Translations under genes and position numbers: made by a program | From: a virus | Reading direction: 5' to 3' (one strand) | DNA: 64,000 nucleotides | Virus record (IMG/VR): IMGVR_UViG_3300042509_001112 | Span: 1 to 64,000 of that record | The notes under the pieces: model-generated | The model's database searches: none | What the model was told of the DNA's origin: nothing | Seen by the model: the letters and a program-made list of their open reading frames with translations, nothing else | Part shown: positions 1-10,111 of the stretch, piece after piece | Layout of the letters: every line of letters begins with the position of its first letter | Position numbering within the stretch: the stretch's first letter is position 1

Positions 1-3000
1 GTCAGTTAATGTTATATAAATATTTTGAGTATGTAAAACAAGAATATCAAACTATTGTTAATAATTATTTAGATGGTTTAAATAATATTACTAAAGATAT
101 TGATAATCCCGATAGTCCTGAATATTTAAGCAATGATAAAATCCTTGATTTAAAAGCAGATATTACTATATTTAAAAGTATTGCAGCAAGTTCTTCAGAG
201 TTTCTTAAAACTCTTCCTAATTTATCAGAAGATAAAAAAATAGAGTATATGAATGCAATTAATATATTAGGTGGTAAGACTGATGCTTTAGCAAAAATAT
301 TACAACAAAAACTTATTGATAGAAATTTAAGTGCTAGTCAACAAGAACTTCTTAAAGGAGATAAAAGTATAAGTTGGTGGGATAAATATTTTAGAAAGTT
401 TAGTGGTATTAATAATACTATATTTAAAGAAGCTTATAATAAAATAAGTAAAGCTAATGATAATACAAGATTATCTTTACAATCATTTTCTAAAAAACTT
501 AAAAAGTTTGATCAAGAAATACAAAAGTGGGGTCAATCTAATGGAATGCCTGGTTTTAGTGTATATAAGTTATTAGTAAATGAAAAGACTGGTAATTTAC
601 ATACTAAAATTAAAGGTGACTTTTATGATAAACTTAAAGTTGCTAGAGATGCAAAAGATGATAGTTTTTTAAAAAAACATCTTAGGTTTAAAGATAACTA
701 TAAAGAAATTTATGAAGAACGTAAACTTAAGTTTATGGCTACTAATTCAATAAGTATTGCTGACCAAGATAATAGCTCAATACTTGATGACTGGATGAAA
801 GAAAATAATCCTGATAATATAAACAATAAAGTAAAGTATAGTGACTATTGGTATATTTATCAAGAAATTGATGAAAGTACTTTAATTGAATCTGATTTTA
901 ATCCTGACTTTTTAAAGATTAAAAATAATAAACCTTTACTAGATTATTATAATTTTTGGAATGATAGTATGGAAGAATTTAGAATACTTTTAGATTTACC
1001 ATATAACAAGATACCAAATAACTTTATTCCTAATATAAAAGCTGATTTAGTAGAGCAATATTTAACAGGTAACTTTACATTATCAACAGATATGATGAAA
1101 AATATGATGTCTGTTCAAGAAAATGTTACAACATATAGACAAGATACTATGACAGTTCGTACTGAAATAGATCCTGACACTGGTTTAGCCAAAAGAGAAG
1201 TACCTAGAATATTTGTTAATCCTTTAATTAATCAACAAGGAGAAATAGATAATACTTTAAAATCTTTTGATTTATCTTCAAGTATAGTGTTATTTGCTGA
1301 AATGGCTTATAATTATAACAATCTTAAAGAAATTGAAGCTAATATGGAAGCTTTAAAAGAAATATTAGCTACAAAAGGTGTTGTTGAAACTACTAGCGAT
1401 GGTACTACTAAATCAATTAGTGGTGTTAATACTCCTAATAGAGAGAAATCTAAACAAAGTGATGAATCTAAAACATTTGAACAGCTAGTAAATTTTCATT
1501 TATATGGTATATCTACTCAAGGTAATGAACTTGGTCAATTACTTTTAAAAGCTAAAAATTATCAACAGTTAAAACAATTAGCATTAGCTTTTAAATCAGC
1601 TACAGTTAACTTAATGGGTGCTAGAACTAATGCTTTATTTGAAGGTGAAAAAGGTTATTTTTATACTAAACAACAATTTAGAAAATCTTTAAATGATAGA
1701 TTTAGAAATAAAGAATTATACTTTGCTTTAGCTAACTTTTTTCAACCTTATGCAAATAAACGTGGTGCTGATATTGCTAAAGAGTTTTCATCTAAAAATA
1801 AAATTGCTAAATTAATAAATTATGATACTTTATTAGCTGCTTTTAGATCAGGTGATGAACATGTTGATGAACAGGTAATGTATAGTATGTTACAAAATTA
1901 TACTATTATTAATGGACAATTAACAAGATTAACTAAAAAAGATAGAGAAGCTGGTACTTATAAAAGTTTATTAGATACATCTAGACTTGAAGGTGATGAT
2001 CTTATTATAGATGGTATTATTGATAAAAATGGATTAACTAAAGAAGGTGTAAGATTATATTCTGAATTTAGAGGTAATGTTATGGCTACTGTTAATACTA
2101 TTAAAGGTGGTGTAAATGCTGAAGATTTAAATGCGTTTAATACTACTATGTTTGGTAAATTAGTTATGGCATTTAGAGGTTGGTTACCTGCTCTTGCTGA
2201 AGAAAGGTTTAGAGGTTTTGGTGAAGGACTTGTTAATATTTTTGTTAATAATTCTAATAGAAGTAGTTTAAAATATTCACCTAGAACTCGTACCATTACT
2301 GAAGCTAGATATACTGCTATATTAACTGATCAATTAGGTGTTGATGAAAAAGCTTCATTTAGATTACTTGGTTATATAGCACAAAATGTAGCTAGACTTG
2401 GTTTTGAAGTAGTTACGTTTGGTGGGTTTTTTGATAAAATGTCAGCAACATCACCTTTAAGATATCAAGTTAATGAGCATAGAGCTAGAGTAGCTTTTGA
2501 ACATTTTAAATTACAAAATCCTAATATACCTGCAATTGCTAATGGTACTTATAGATTTGAAGATTTCTTAGAATATAAACAAGGTCAAATAAAAGCTCTT
2601 GCTACAGAATTAAGATTTATTCTTGGTATATACTTTTTATTAGGTGCTTTAGCAGGTGGAGGTGATGATGATGAGAAGTACTATAAAAAAAACTTAGCCA
2701 CGCGAGAATTTTATAGAACTCTTAATAGATACCGTAGAGAGTTAGTTGGTATAATCAACCCTGCCGACTGGTATGCTTTATTTAAAAATCCTATCCCTAT
2801 TATGGCTTTAGGTGATGACTTTATTAAAACTCTTGGTAATACTTTTGATGAATCTTTAGATATTTTTGGTGAAGCTGAAGGTAGGTCATTAATTCATCCT
2901 CTTGGTAAAACAGGTAAAAAAGCTAAGAAAAAAGATGACACTCCTCTTTTTTATTATAGTTTTAAATGGTTATATGGTTTTCAACTTGCAAAATTATTTG

Positions 3001-3035
3001 AACCATTTGAAAGAGATAAGAATAATGAGTATTAA
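1..3035 (+). CDS. C-terminal part of a very large, probably virion-packaged (cargo/ejection) protein; 5' end lies outside the window
   Basis: Frame is open upstream of the ATG at 9 (cag tta atg). >1000 aa, last gene of a + strand block converging on the replication block, where crAss-like phages place giant virion proteins. No catalytic motif recognised. Confidence 0.55.
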   Translation, partial: QLMLYKYFEYVKQEYQTIVNNYLDGLNNITKDIDNPDSPEYLSNDKILDLKADITIFKSIAASSSEFLKTLPNLSEDKKIEYMNAINILGGKTDALAKILQQKLIDRNLSASQQELLKGDKSISWWDKYFRKFSGINNTIFKEAYNKISKANDNTRLSLQSFSKKLKKFDQEIQKWGQSNGMPGFSVYKLLVNEKTGNLHTKIKGDFYDKLKVARDAKDDSFLKKHLRFKDNYKEIYEERKLKFMATNSISIADQDNSSILDDWMKENNPDNINNKVKYSDYWYIYQEIDESTLIESDFNPDFLKIKNNKPLLDYYNFWNDSMEEFRILLDLPYNKIPNNFIPNIKADLVEQYLTGNFTLSTDMMKNMMSVQENVTTYRQDTMTVRTEIDPDTGLAKREVPRIFVNPLINQQGEIDNTLKSFDLSSSIVLFAEMAYNYNNLKEIEANMEALKEILATKGVVETTSDGTTKSISGVNTPNREKSKQSDESKTFEQLVNFHLYGISTQGNELGQLLLKAKNYQQLKQLALAFKSATVNLMGARTNALFEGEKGYFYTKQQFRKSLNDRFRNKELYFALANFFQPYANKRGADIAKEFSSKNKIAKLINYDTLLAAFRSGDEHVDEQVMYSMLQNYTIINGQLTRLTKKDREAGTYKSLLDTSRLEGDDLIIDGIIDKNGLTKEGVRLYSEFRGNVMATVNTIKGGVNAEDLNAFNTTMFGKLVMAFRGWLPALAEERFRGFGEGLVNIFVNNSNRSSLKYSPRTRTITEARYTAILTDQLGVDEKASFRLLGYIAQNVARLGFEVVTFGGFFDKMSATSPLRYQVNEHRARVAFEHFKLQNPNIPAIANGTYRFEDFLEYKQGQIKALATELRFILGIYFLLGALAGGGDDDEKYYKKNLATREFYRTLNRYRRELVGIINPADWYALFKNPIPIMALGDDFIKTLGNTFDESLDIFGEAEGRSLIHPLGKTGKKAKKKDDTPLFYYSFKWLYGFQLAKLFEPFERDKNNEY

Positions 3036-3040
3036 AATAA

Positions 3041-3065
3041 AAAGGGGAGTTATTAGCTCCCCTTT
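3041..3065. terminator. Bidirectional intrinsic terminator between convergent gene blocks
   Basis: AAAGGGGAG-TTATTAG-CTCCCCTTT 9-bp stem flanked by A/T runs, between stop codons at 3035 (+) and 3070 (-). Confidence 0.8.
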
Positions 3066-3069
3066 CTTA

Positions 3070-3312
3070 TTATGCCTTATTAGCTTGTTTAATAGCCTTT
3101 TTAGCTCGATCAATTGATTTAAAACTACCTAGGTATACTCTAGTACCATTAATAGTAGGACGTGCCATATAAGTCACATTATCAGGGTTATTGTTAGAAA
3201 CATAGATTCCTTTAGGAAGTGTTTCACCTGTATTTGTAACACGCTTACCTTTAATAGTTTTAGTAGTTACACATTTAATTTTACCTTTTGTAGTTCCTTT
3301 ACCTTTCTTCAT
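3070..3312 (-). CDS. Small AP2-like DNA-binding protein
   Basis: LPKGIYV...YMARPTINGTRVYLGSFKSIDRAKKA resembles the AP2 domain of phage HNH-AP2 proteins; start placed at MKKGKG (3312) to avoid overlap with phoH. Confidence 0.55.
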   Translation of the reverse strand: MKKGKGTTKGKIKCVTTKTIKGKRVTNTGETLPKGIYVSNNNPDNVTYMARPTINGTRVYLGSFKSIDRAKKAIKQANKA

Positions 3313-3334
3313 AATCTTTAATTTAAAATTGTTA

Positions 3335-3997
3335 TTACTTACCATTATATTCATAATCTAATATCTTACCTACTAGATCAGATCTGTGATTTTCTTTAAG
3401 TTTAATCCACTTAATTCCATCTATTGACTTAGACAGTTCAATAGCATAAGAAAGTCCGTTAAACTCATCCTTTATGTCTTTCTGCTCATTATCACCATTA
3501 ATAATTATCTTACCAGTTTTTCCTAATCTTGTAAGTACAGCTAACATTTCAGCTTTAGTAGTGTTTTGTGCCTCCTCAACAATTAATATATCATCAATAG
3601 TTTTACCTCTAATAAACTGAATAGGTGAAGCTTTAATCTTTTCACTCTTCAATAGAGTATCAATTTCTTCTTTATTAGTACAACACTTATTAAGGTTATC
3701 TAAGAAAGCTTCCATATAAGGATCAAACTTTTCATTTAACTCACCAGGTAAAAAACCTAATGATTTACCTACTTCAATAGCTGCTCTTGTATTCCAAATG
3801 CAATCTACTTGTTTCTTTTTTAAGAAGTCTAGTGCTGTTTGAGCACAGACCAGGGATTTACCTGATCCTGCTCTACCAGTCACTATAACTATTTGATTGT
3901 CTATTATTAATTGTTTAGCTTTCTTTTGTTCTTCATTTAACTGAATAGCATTGATAGCTTTAATTTCATTTTTTCTTGGTCTATTTGGTGTTTTCAT
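3335..3997 (-). CDS. phoH: PhoH-like ATPase
   Basis: GRAGSGKS Walker A, LGFLPG, FIRGKT, EEAQN, GDNEQKD, HRS motifs. Confidence 0.93.
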   Translation of the reverse strand: MKTPNRPRKNEIKAINAIQLNEEQKKAKQLIIDNQIVIVTGRAGSGKSLVCAQTALDFLKKKQVDCIWNTRAAIEVGKSLGFLPGELNEKFDPYMEAFLDNLNKCCTNKEEIDTLLKSEKIKASPIQFIRGKTIDDILIVEEAQNTTKAEMLAVLTRLGKTGKIIINGDNEQKDIKDEFNGLSYAIELSKSIDGIKWIKLKENHRSDLVGKILDYEYNGK

Positions 3998-4003
3998 GAG
4001 ATT

Positions 4004-5875
4004 TTATTTTACTTCACAACCAGCTGCTCCACAAGCTATTTCATCAACTAATGTAGTATTATCATCAGCTTCAATAACTTTAGTAAGATCAATAGAATGA
4101 ACATGTTTAATCATTTCTTCATATTGCTCTTTAGTTATATCTTCAAAAGGAGCTTGTACATAACTACCACCATCATAAGGTAAAACAGATAGACCATTAA
4201 AATAAGATCTATTAATCCACATCCATTCACCTACAGTTTCCCACTCAGTATCTTTTACAGATATAGTAGCAGATATGTTGTGAGTATTTTCACCTGCATT
4301 ATGACCTGGTTTAATCCAAGTTTCATTTAAAAGCTTAACTTTATTAAGTAACTCTAAAGCTGTTTCTTTGTTTCTAATAGTAGCACCTTCAGGAGCTTTA
4401 ATAGGAATTTCTACTACAGCACTATTAGGAATCATCTTATAGTCTTGTACAATCTCAGGATGATTAACACTTAGATACTCATAGATAGCTTCAGATTTAT
4501 TCATTTGCATTCTTCTAATGTAGTAATCATTATGCCAAGCATGAATACCTGAACTTACACCTAATACTAAACTAGTAGTACCAGATGGTTTAATACAAGT
4601 TGTTCTAGCTGCAGAATTAATACCTATATAGTTAGCTACTCGTTTATTAGTTTCAATAACAACTTCTGTAGCTTCTCTAGGACTATACTTAAATACTTCA
4701 TTAGAAGCAATACCAGTCATTCCTATACCTATTAGAGCATCTTTCTCAGTAGTTTTCTTCCAGATAGGTCTTAAGTAATGAAAATCTGTAAAACCTGCTT
4801 GTAATGTACCAAAGAATGCAGCAGCTTGTGCTCTTTCATTATAGTCTTGTTGTGATTCTAAATTTGATACATTAATTTCAGATAAATTACAGAACTGATA
4901 AGGTCTTAATGCAATTTCACAGCAAGGATTAGTACCCCAATCTGGGTTATTAGTAAAATAAATACCTGGTTCTCCACTATTAGATAACTCAATTTTCTTC
5001 CATAAGTTTAAGAAAAATTCTTCTGATATCTTATGTCTTACTAAGACAGCAGAGTTATTAGCTCTACCTCTTTGAGGATTTTGTTCCCACCAATTACCAA
5101 ACTTACAAGTAAGCATAGCTTCATCATCTGCATTAAATAAACAGATTAATGCTGCTCTACGAATACCTCCTGCTAGTACTGAATCAGCTAAGTGACATAC
5201 AATATCATGTACTTCTAATGATGTTAATTTTTCACCATTATTCTTTCTATCAAGAATTCTTTCTATTTCAAATAAACACCTCATAAGGGGCTCAGGCCCA
5301 GGGGCTTTTCCCCCAGCAGTAATAAGTCTTTGTCCTTTAGGTCTAATATCACTAAAATCAAATTTAGGTTTAGTAGTTCTAAGCCCAAAATAACTAGCCA
5401 TAAGATGTCTTACAGCATCAGCCCAACCTTCAATACTATCACCTACAAGATACTTTTGTTCCTTAGTAGGTTTATGTATTTCAGGTAACTTATCAACATG
5501 ATTATTCTGAACAGAATATCCGACACCTGTACCTCCTAATAAGAGAAACATAATTTCACTAAAACTTCTATAGTCATCTATAGGTAAATAACAACAATTA
5601 TAAATTCTAGCTTCATTCTTTTCAATAGCAGGACCAGAAAATTGCATAGCTCTCATACTAGGCAACACTTTCTTATCATATATAAATTTTGATTGATGAA
5701 TAATATCTTCTTTTAAATGAGGATATTTCTTCAACATCATATTTATATACCTGTCTACTACTTCACTATAGGTTTCTCTTCTTCTTAAAGAAGAGTTATA
5801 CTTCGCATATTTGTTAAAAACTACGATGTCACTTAATACTTCAATTGAGGTTTCTTTTTGTTTGTTTTCTATCAT
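4004..5875 (-). CDS. nrdJ: Class II (adenosylcobalamin-dependent) ribonucleotide reductase
   Basis: PSMR, YNCC, GTGVG, GGIRRAA, TNPCCEI, CNLSEIN, TTCIKPSGT, C-terminal CGAAGC; no small subunit gene nearby. Confidence 0.92.
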   Translation of the reverse strand: MIENKQKETSIEVLSDIVVFNKYAKYNSSLRRRETYSEVVDRYINMMLKKYPHLKEDIIHQSKFIYDKKVLPSMRAMQFSGPAIEKNEARIYNCCYLPIDDYRSFSEIMFLLLGGTGVGYSVQNNHVDKLPEIHKPTKEQKYLVGDSIEGWADAVRHLMASYFGLRTTKPKFDFSDIRPKGQRLITAGGKAPGPEPLMRCLFEIERILDRKNNGEKLTSLEVHDIVCHLADSVLAGGIRRAALICLFNADDEAMLTCKFGNWWEQNPQRGRANNSAVLVRHKISEEFFLNLWKKIELSNSGEPGIYFTNNPDWGTNPCCEIALRPYQFCNLSEINVSNLESQQDYNERAQAAAFFGTLQAGFTDFHYLRPIWKKTTEKDALIGIGMTGIASNEVFKYSPREATEVVIETNKRVANYIGINSAARTTCIKPSGTTSLVLGVSSGIHAWHNDYYIRRMQMNKSEAIYEYLSVNHPEIVQDYKMIPNSAVVEIPIKAPEGATIRNKETALELLNKVKLLNETWIKPGHNAGENTHNISATISVKDTEWETVGEWMWINRSYFNGLSVLPYDGGSYVQAPFEDITKEQYEEMIKHVHSIDLTKVIEADDNTTLVDEIACGAAGCEVK

Positions 5876-5974
5876 ATATATTATTTAATTCCTACATTTA
5901 ATTGAATAGGGGGATACAATTTATCCCCCATATTCTTCATTCCCAACTTATTCTAATAATATATAGAATAGTAA

Positions 5975-6301
5975 TTACTTATTTTGTTTAAGAGCTTGAA
6001 TAGTATCTCTTAATATAGCAGCTCTTTCAAAATCTTGATTTTTTATAGCTTCATTCAGCTCATTTGACTTTTCTTTTATAAGTCTAGTATTATTAGTAGA
6101 ATTATTCTTATAACTATAAGTAGTTTCTGAATAAAAACCTCCATTAGCAGTTCTACCACTAATTTCTGTTACAACAACACCATCTTTTTCATATACTTTT
6201 TTAGTCATTTCAGATTCATTAAGTTCTGATTTAATAGATTCTTCTAATGATCTATTTGATAACATCTTATTAAGATATTGACTTAAATAATTTGGATACA
6301 T
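5975..6301 (-). CDS. Small protein with C-terminal UVR (UvrB/UvrC) coiled-coil motif
   Basis: LNEAIKNQDFERAAILRDTIQAL matches the UVR consensus; start moved to MYPNY (6301), just after the upstream stop. Confidence 0.7.
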   Translation of the reverse strand: MYPNYLSQYLNKMLSNRSLEESIKSELNESEMTKKVYEKDGVVVTEISGRTANGGFYSETTYSYKNNSTNNTRLIKEKSNELNEAIKNQDFERAAILRDTIQALKQNK

Positions 6302-6302
6302 A

Positions 6303-7067
6303 TTACTTTTTATTAGGATTTTTAATTGAAATTGAATGATACTTACCACAATCATTACATCTATACTGTTGAGTATATCTACCAGCAGCACTTATACGTA
6401 GTTTAACTTTTCTAATATTAGTTGAGTTACATTCTACACAATGAATACCGTTACCTTCTATACGTACAGTTTTTGTAATTTTGTTCTTTAAATAAGGATT
6501 AAGTTTTAAGAATACTTTTTCTAATAAAATAACATCGTTTTTACAATATTGTACCATTTTGTACAAAGAGTGTCTGTTATTTCTTAAAATAATATCATCC
6601 CATAACTCTAATCCACCTGTTTCTATTTTACCAGCAAGACCTATAAACTTACTTATATAATCTAATTTATTAGAATTAAATAAGAATAATTTCTTAGCTT
6701 CTTTTAAGGTATCAATAGATTGAATATAAGGAGTTAATGCTATTCCATGGTATAAACATCTAGTTCTAAACCACTTGACGTCAAATTTATCACCATTATG
6801 AGTTACCACTTCATCAGCTGAATTTAAGATCTCTGAGAACTTAAGAATCATGCTACTATCATCACCTCTATTCCATGTTAAACATTTAACATTTTTATCA
6901 CCTTCCCACTTGTAACAGATACAAATTATGGCTCTTTCTTTAATTATACTACTAGGATCTAGCTTAATATCATAACCAATCCTCCAGGATTTTACAATAT
7001 TATAACTAGTTTCTATATCAAAGTATAATCTTTTGATCTTATTAACTCTCTTATCAGTTACTTTCAT
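6303..7067 (-). CDS. DnaQ/RNase H-like 3'-5' exonuclease with C-terminal Zn ribbon
   Basis: YFDIETS (ExoI), HNGDKFD (ExoII), YCKNDV (ExoIII), CVEC...CNDC. Confidence 0.82.
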   Translation of the reverse strand: MKVTDKRVNKIKRLYFDIETSYNIVKSWRIGYDIKLDPSSIIKERAIICICYKWEGDKNVKCLTWNRGDDSSMILKFSEILNSADEVVTHNGDKFDVKWFRTRCLYHGIALTPYIQSIDTLKEAKKLFLFNSNKLDYISKFIGLAGKIETGGLELWDDIILRNNRHSLYKMVQYCKNDVILLEKVFLKLNPYLKNKITKTVRIEGNGIHCVECNSTNIRKVKLRISAAGRYTQQYRCNDCGKYHSISIKNPNKK

Positions 7068-7275
7068 TCTTTAAATATTTATTAATAATTCCTTCAATAT
7101 TAGGTTTACCTTTATCAGGATCAGTTATTAAATATTCTTTAATAATAGATTTCTCTTCCTCACTACAACTATTATAAAGAGTCATAACTTGATCAGATTT
7201 TATACCTAATAAATGAGCTGTGACTTCTATAAAGCCACCAGTTTCATTAGTTTCCTGAACTTCCAAATCCTCCAT
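7054..7275 (-). CDS. Hypothetical protein
   Basis: 73-aa ORF overlapping both neighbours in the operon. Confidence 0.5.
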   Translation of the reverse strand: MEDLEVQETNETGGFIEVTAHLLGIKSDQVMTLYNSCSEEEKSIIKEYLITDPDKGKPNIEGIINKYLKNESN

Positions 7276-7732
7276 GTCCTCTATCAGTTATAGGTAATTC
7301 ATGTACTTCACTAAAATGAATAGTAGGTACAGGCATTACAATTAATTGACCTATCTTATCTCCTACATTATAAATCTTAGGATTAGTTTTATACTTAAAA
7401 CGTAGTTTAAGTTCTCCTACATATCCTGAATCTACTACACCAACAGCATTACTAAGATACAAATCTTTCTTAGAAATACTACTTCTAGGATAAATAAAAC
7501 CTGCGTAACCTTCAGGAATCTTTACAGCAAGTCCAGTACCATATTCATAATATGCAGCTTCTTCAGGTGTAGCTGGTACATGAGTTACACTAACTGCTGT
7601 TAAATCTGCTCCAGCATCACTAAAATTAGCATATGATGGCATCTTAGCATCAGGATGTAACTTTTTTAATTTAACATAAACATAATTAGTTTTAATGTCT
7701 TCTGCATACTTTATTGTTTCTTCTTCATTCAT
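7247..7732 (-). CDS. dut: Trimeric dUTPase
   Basis: AGADL, PRSS, GVVDSGYVGE, IGQL, RGHGGFGSSG (motifs I-V). Confidence 0.95.
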   Translation of the reverse strand: MNEEETIKYAEDIKTNYVYVKLKKLHPDAKMPSYANFSDAGADLTAVSVTHVPATPEEAAYYEYGTGLAVKIPEGYAGFIYPRSSISKKDLYLSNAVGVVDSGYVGELKLRFKYKTNPKIYNVGDKIGQLIVMPVPTIHFSEVHELPITDRGHGGFGSSGN

Positions 7733-7733
7733 T

Positions 7734-8123
7734 TTATTCAAATATTAATTCTGTTTGTTTATTACTACTTATTTTGTAACTAATATTTCTATCATCAATT
7801 ACAGTACCAGTTAAAATACCATCTAAAGCCATCATTGCATTACAAGCCACTAAAGCTAAATGATGTACATTAGATTCATCTATATCATCTTTATCAACAT
7901 TAGTTAGATATTGATTTAAATGTCTATGTAATGCATCTAAATATCTAGTTACAGGCATTGGTTTAGAATAATTAAATTGTCCATATTTATTTAATCCAAC
8001 CGTAAAACCTTTTGCTACTTCTAATAAAGCTTTTTGAGGTATACTAGTAAAACTAGGTTTACCTTTATCAAACTTTGTAGCCATCTCATTAGTCTTTAAA
8101 GTGTTCATCTTTATAAATTTCAA
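7734..8123 (-). CDS. dATP/dGTP diphosphohydrolase-like (DUF5664-type) protein
   Basis: KFDKGKP...KYG..NY...YLDALHRHL...DESNVHHLALVACNAMM pattern; true start probably MATKFDKGK. Confidence 0.75.
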   Translation of the reverse strand: MKFIKMNTLKTNEMATKFDKGKPSFTSIPQKALLEVAKGFTVGLNKYGQFNYSKPMPVTRYLDALHRHLNQYLTNVDKDDIDESNVHHLALVACNAMMALDGILTGTVIDDRNISYKISSNKQTELIFE

Positions 8124-8655
8124 TGTCTAAATTTGGTATACTCATAATTTCTGCATCAACACTTAATTTCTCATTAAGTTCATCTTCAAGTTTTTTTCTA
8201 GCTTCTTTAGTAGGATATAAGCATTCTTTAATTTTCTTATAAACTATTTTAGTAATATCATACTTTAACAAAGTGTTTAGTAGATTTTCTTTATAGTCTT
8301 CAGACATCTTAGAATACTTACCCTCTATAAATTTATAATAATCATTCACATATTGCTGAGGTATATTCATCTTAATAATGTGCCAATTATTTGTAGATTT
8401 AGTTCCACAATAATATTCATCTGTATTTAAAGTATCATTAATCTTATTAAAGTTATAAAAATCTTTAATAGGTTTCTTAAATACAAGATACATTACAGGA
8501 TCTGTTTTACCTATGTAGCAATTGTGAAAATCTTCACCATAAAAATCAAAAGGATAACTTAACATACACCTAATAAAAACTCTAGCTTTTGTTAACTTAT
8601 CGTAATCAAAGTTAGATTTTTTATTATTAGTTTCCTCATTCTCCACAACAATCAT
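8089..8655 (-). CDS. Hypothetical protein (replication module)
   Basis: 188-aa ORF with F..GKYSKMS motif; no function recognised. Confidence 0.6.
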   Translation of the reverse strand: MIVVENEETNNKKSNFDYDKLTKARVFIRCMLSYPFDFYGEDFHNCYIGKTDPVMYLVFKKPIKDFYNFNKINDTLNTDEYYCGTKSTNNWHIIKMNIPQQYVNDYYKFIEGKYSKMSEDYKENLLNTLLKYDITKIVYKKIKECLYPTKEARKKLEDELNEKLSVDAEIMSIPNLDIEIYKDEHFKD

Positions 8656-8672
8656 CCTTAATTTATTAATTA

Positions 8673-9551
8673 TTATATATTTAAACTAACTTCAAAATTA
8701 ATGATTTCTTCTATCTTATTAGGAATAAAAGTTTCACAATCTTTGATATTATCTAATAATTTAATTAAATTGTAGTTTAAAGCAAATTCAGTAATGCCTA
8801 TTTGTTCACCTAATACATCAGTATAAGCATCAAGAACTACTGTTCTCATAGATGCATTATCATCTAAATTAAGTAATAATTTATAAGCAAATGCTATACC
8901 CTTACCTTTTAATCCTTTAATATTATCAGTAGAATCACCAACTATAACTTGTGTCCATAAACTATAGGATGCTTCACTATCATCGACTTCATAGAAATCA
9001 TTAGTTTTGTAATTAAAATGGCTACCTTCAATTTGATTTAAATCCTTATCTGTATGAGCTAATACTGTAGAAATCTTTTGAGTTTTGAAATAGTTATTAG
9101 CCACATTAACTAAATCATCAGCTTCAAATCCTTCTATCTTAATAAAATTCCAATTATCTATACAATAGTTAGTTAATTCTTTAAGATATTTAGGCTTTTC
9201 TAATTTCTTTCTATTAGCTTTATACTCTGGATATAAACTATATCTATGAGAGCCACCTGTTAATAGAGCTACATAATATATACAACCTGAGTTAATTAAG
9301 ATATTAGTAAAATGAATATTAAATTCATTTATTATATCATCTAAAGTTCTTTCAGCTTGATTACCATATTGTTCTATTTGTTCATCAGACTGTTTTTTAT
9401 CAACAGCTGTTGCAAAAATTATACTATCAGCATCTATAACAGCCACTTTATAGTCACCTTTTTGTATAATTTTTATATTGTTAATATAGTCAACTAAGGA
9501 ACTCCTTAGCTGACTATTAACATTAATTTTTGTGTTATTCTGCATATTCAA
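8673..9551 (-). CDS. 5'-3' exonuclease / flap endonuclease (T5 D15/T7 gp6-like)
   Basis: IDADS, YPEYKANR, EADD, DKDL, GDSTDNIKG motifs. Confidence 0.9.
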   Translation of the reverse strand: MNMQNNTKINVNSQLRSSLVDYINNIKIIQKGDYKVAVIDADSIIFATAVDKKQSDEQIEQYGNQAERTLDDIINEFNIHFTNILINSGCIYYVALLTGGSHRYSLYPEYKANRKKLEKPKYLKELTNYCIDNWNFIKIEGFEADDLVNVANNYFKTQKISTVLAHTDKDLNQIEGSHFNYKTNDFYEVDDSEASYSLWTQVIVGDSTDNIKGLKGKGIAFAYKLLLNLDDNASMRTVVLDAYTDVLGEQIGITEFALNYNLIKLLDNIKDCETFIPNKIEEIINFEVSLNI

Positions 9552-9873
9552 TAACTTCTGTGTAGTTTTCTACATCTTCAGTATGCATTGCTTCTAACCA
9601 CATATTATAGATTTTTCTATAATCTTGATTTTGTATAAACATTTGATAATAACGCCATAATTCGTTATCACCTTGTTCATAAGCAATTATAAACTGATCA
9701 GCAGGAATTTGATCAGGATAACAGTATTCTTCAATCATACTACCTAAAGCATAATCACCATTAATTGCTGCTTCATATTCATTTGAATGTATTCCAAATT
9801 TAAGTTCAACAGCATTTAAAAGTTTCTCAGAATAAAAAATTCTATTCTTGTCTTTTGTATTTATCATATACAC
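9535..9873 (-). CDS. Hypothetical protein
   Basis: 112-aa ORF in tightly packed operon. Confidence 0.55.
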   Translation of the reverse strand: MYMINTKDKNRIFYSEKLLNAVELKFGIHSNEYEAAINGDYALGSMIEEYCYPDQIPADQFIIAYEQGDNELWRYYQMFIQNQDYRKIYNMWLEAMHTEDVENYTEVIEYAE

Positions 9874-10111
9874 TAATATTACTATATTGATTAATTAAAT
9901 AGTCATTTAAATTATCAACAATAGATTCATATTCAAGTTGAATATCTTCTTTATATATGTAACAATCATTTGTTTCATCATAATCAAATATTTCTTCAGA
10001 AGACTTATACTTATCTTTTATAAAGATATCAGCTAAATCTTGAGCTATTGTTAATGAATTTAAAGTGACTTCAACACTTTTAATTGCTTTTTCAGCATAG
10101 TTATTTATCAT
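9842..10111 (-). CDS. Hypothetical protein
   Basis: 89-aa acidic ORF in operon. Confidence 0.55.
   Translation of the reverse strand: MINNYAEKAIKSVEVTLNSLTIAQDLADIFIKDKYKSSEEIFDYDETNDCYIYKEDIQLEYESIVDNLNDYLINQYSNISVYDKYKRQE

Noticed and set aside
2902-3117. 71-aa + strand ORF
   Set aside because: Overlaps the end of the large gene in another frame and runs through the terminator.
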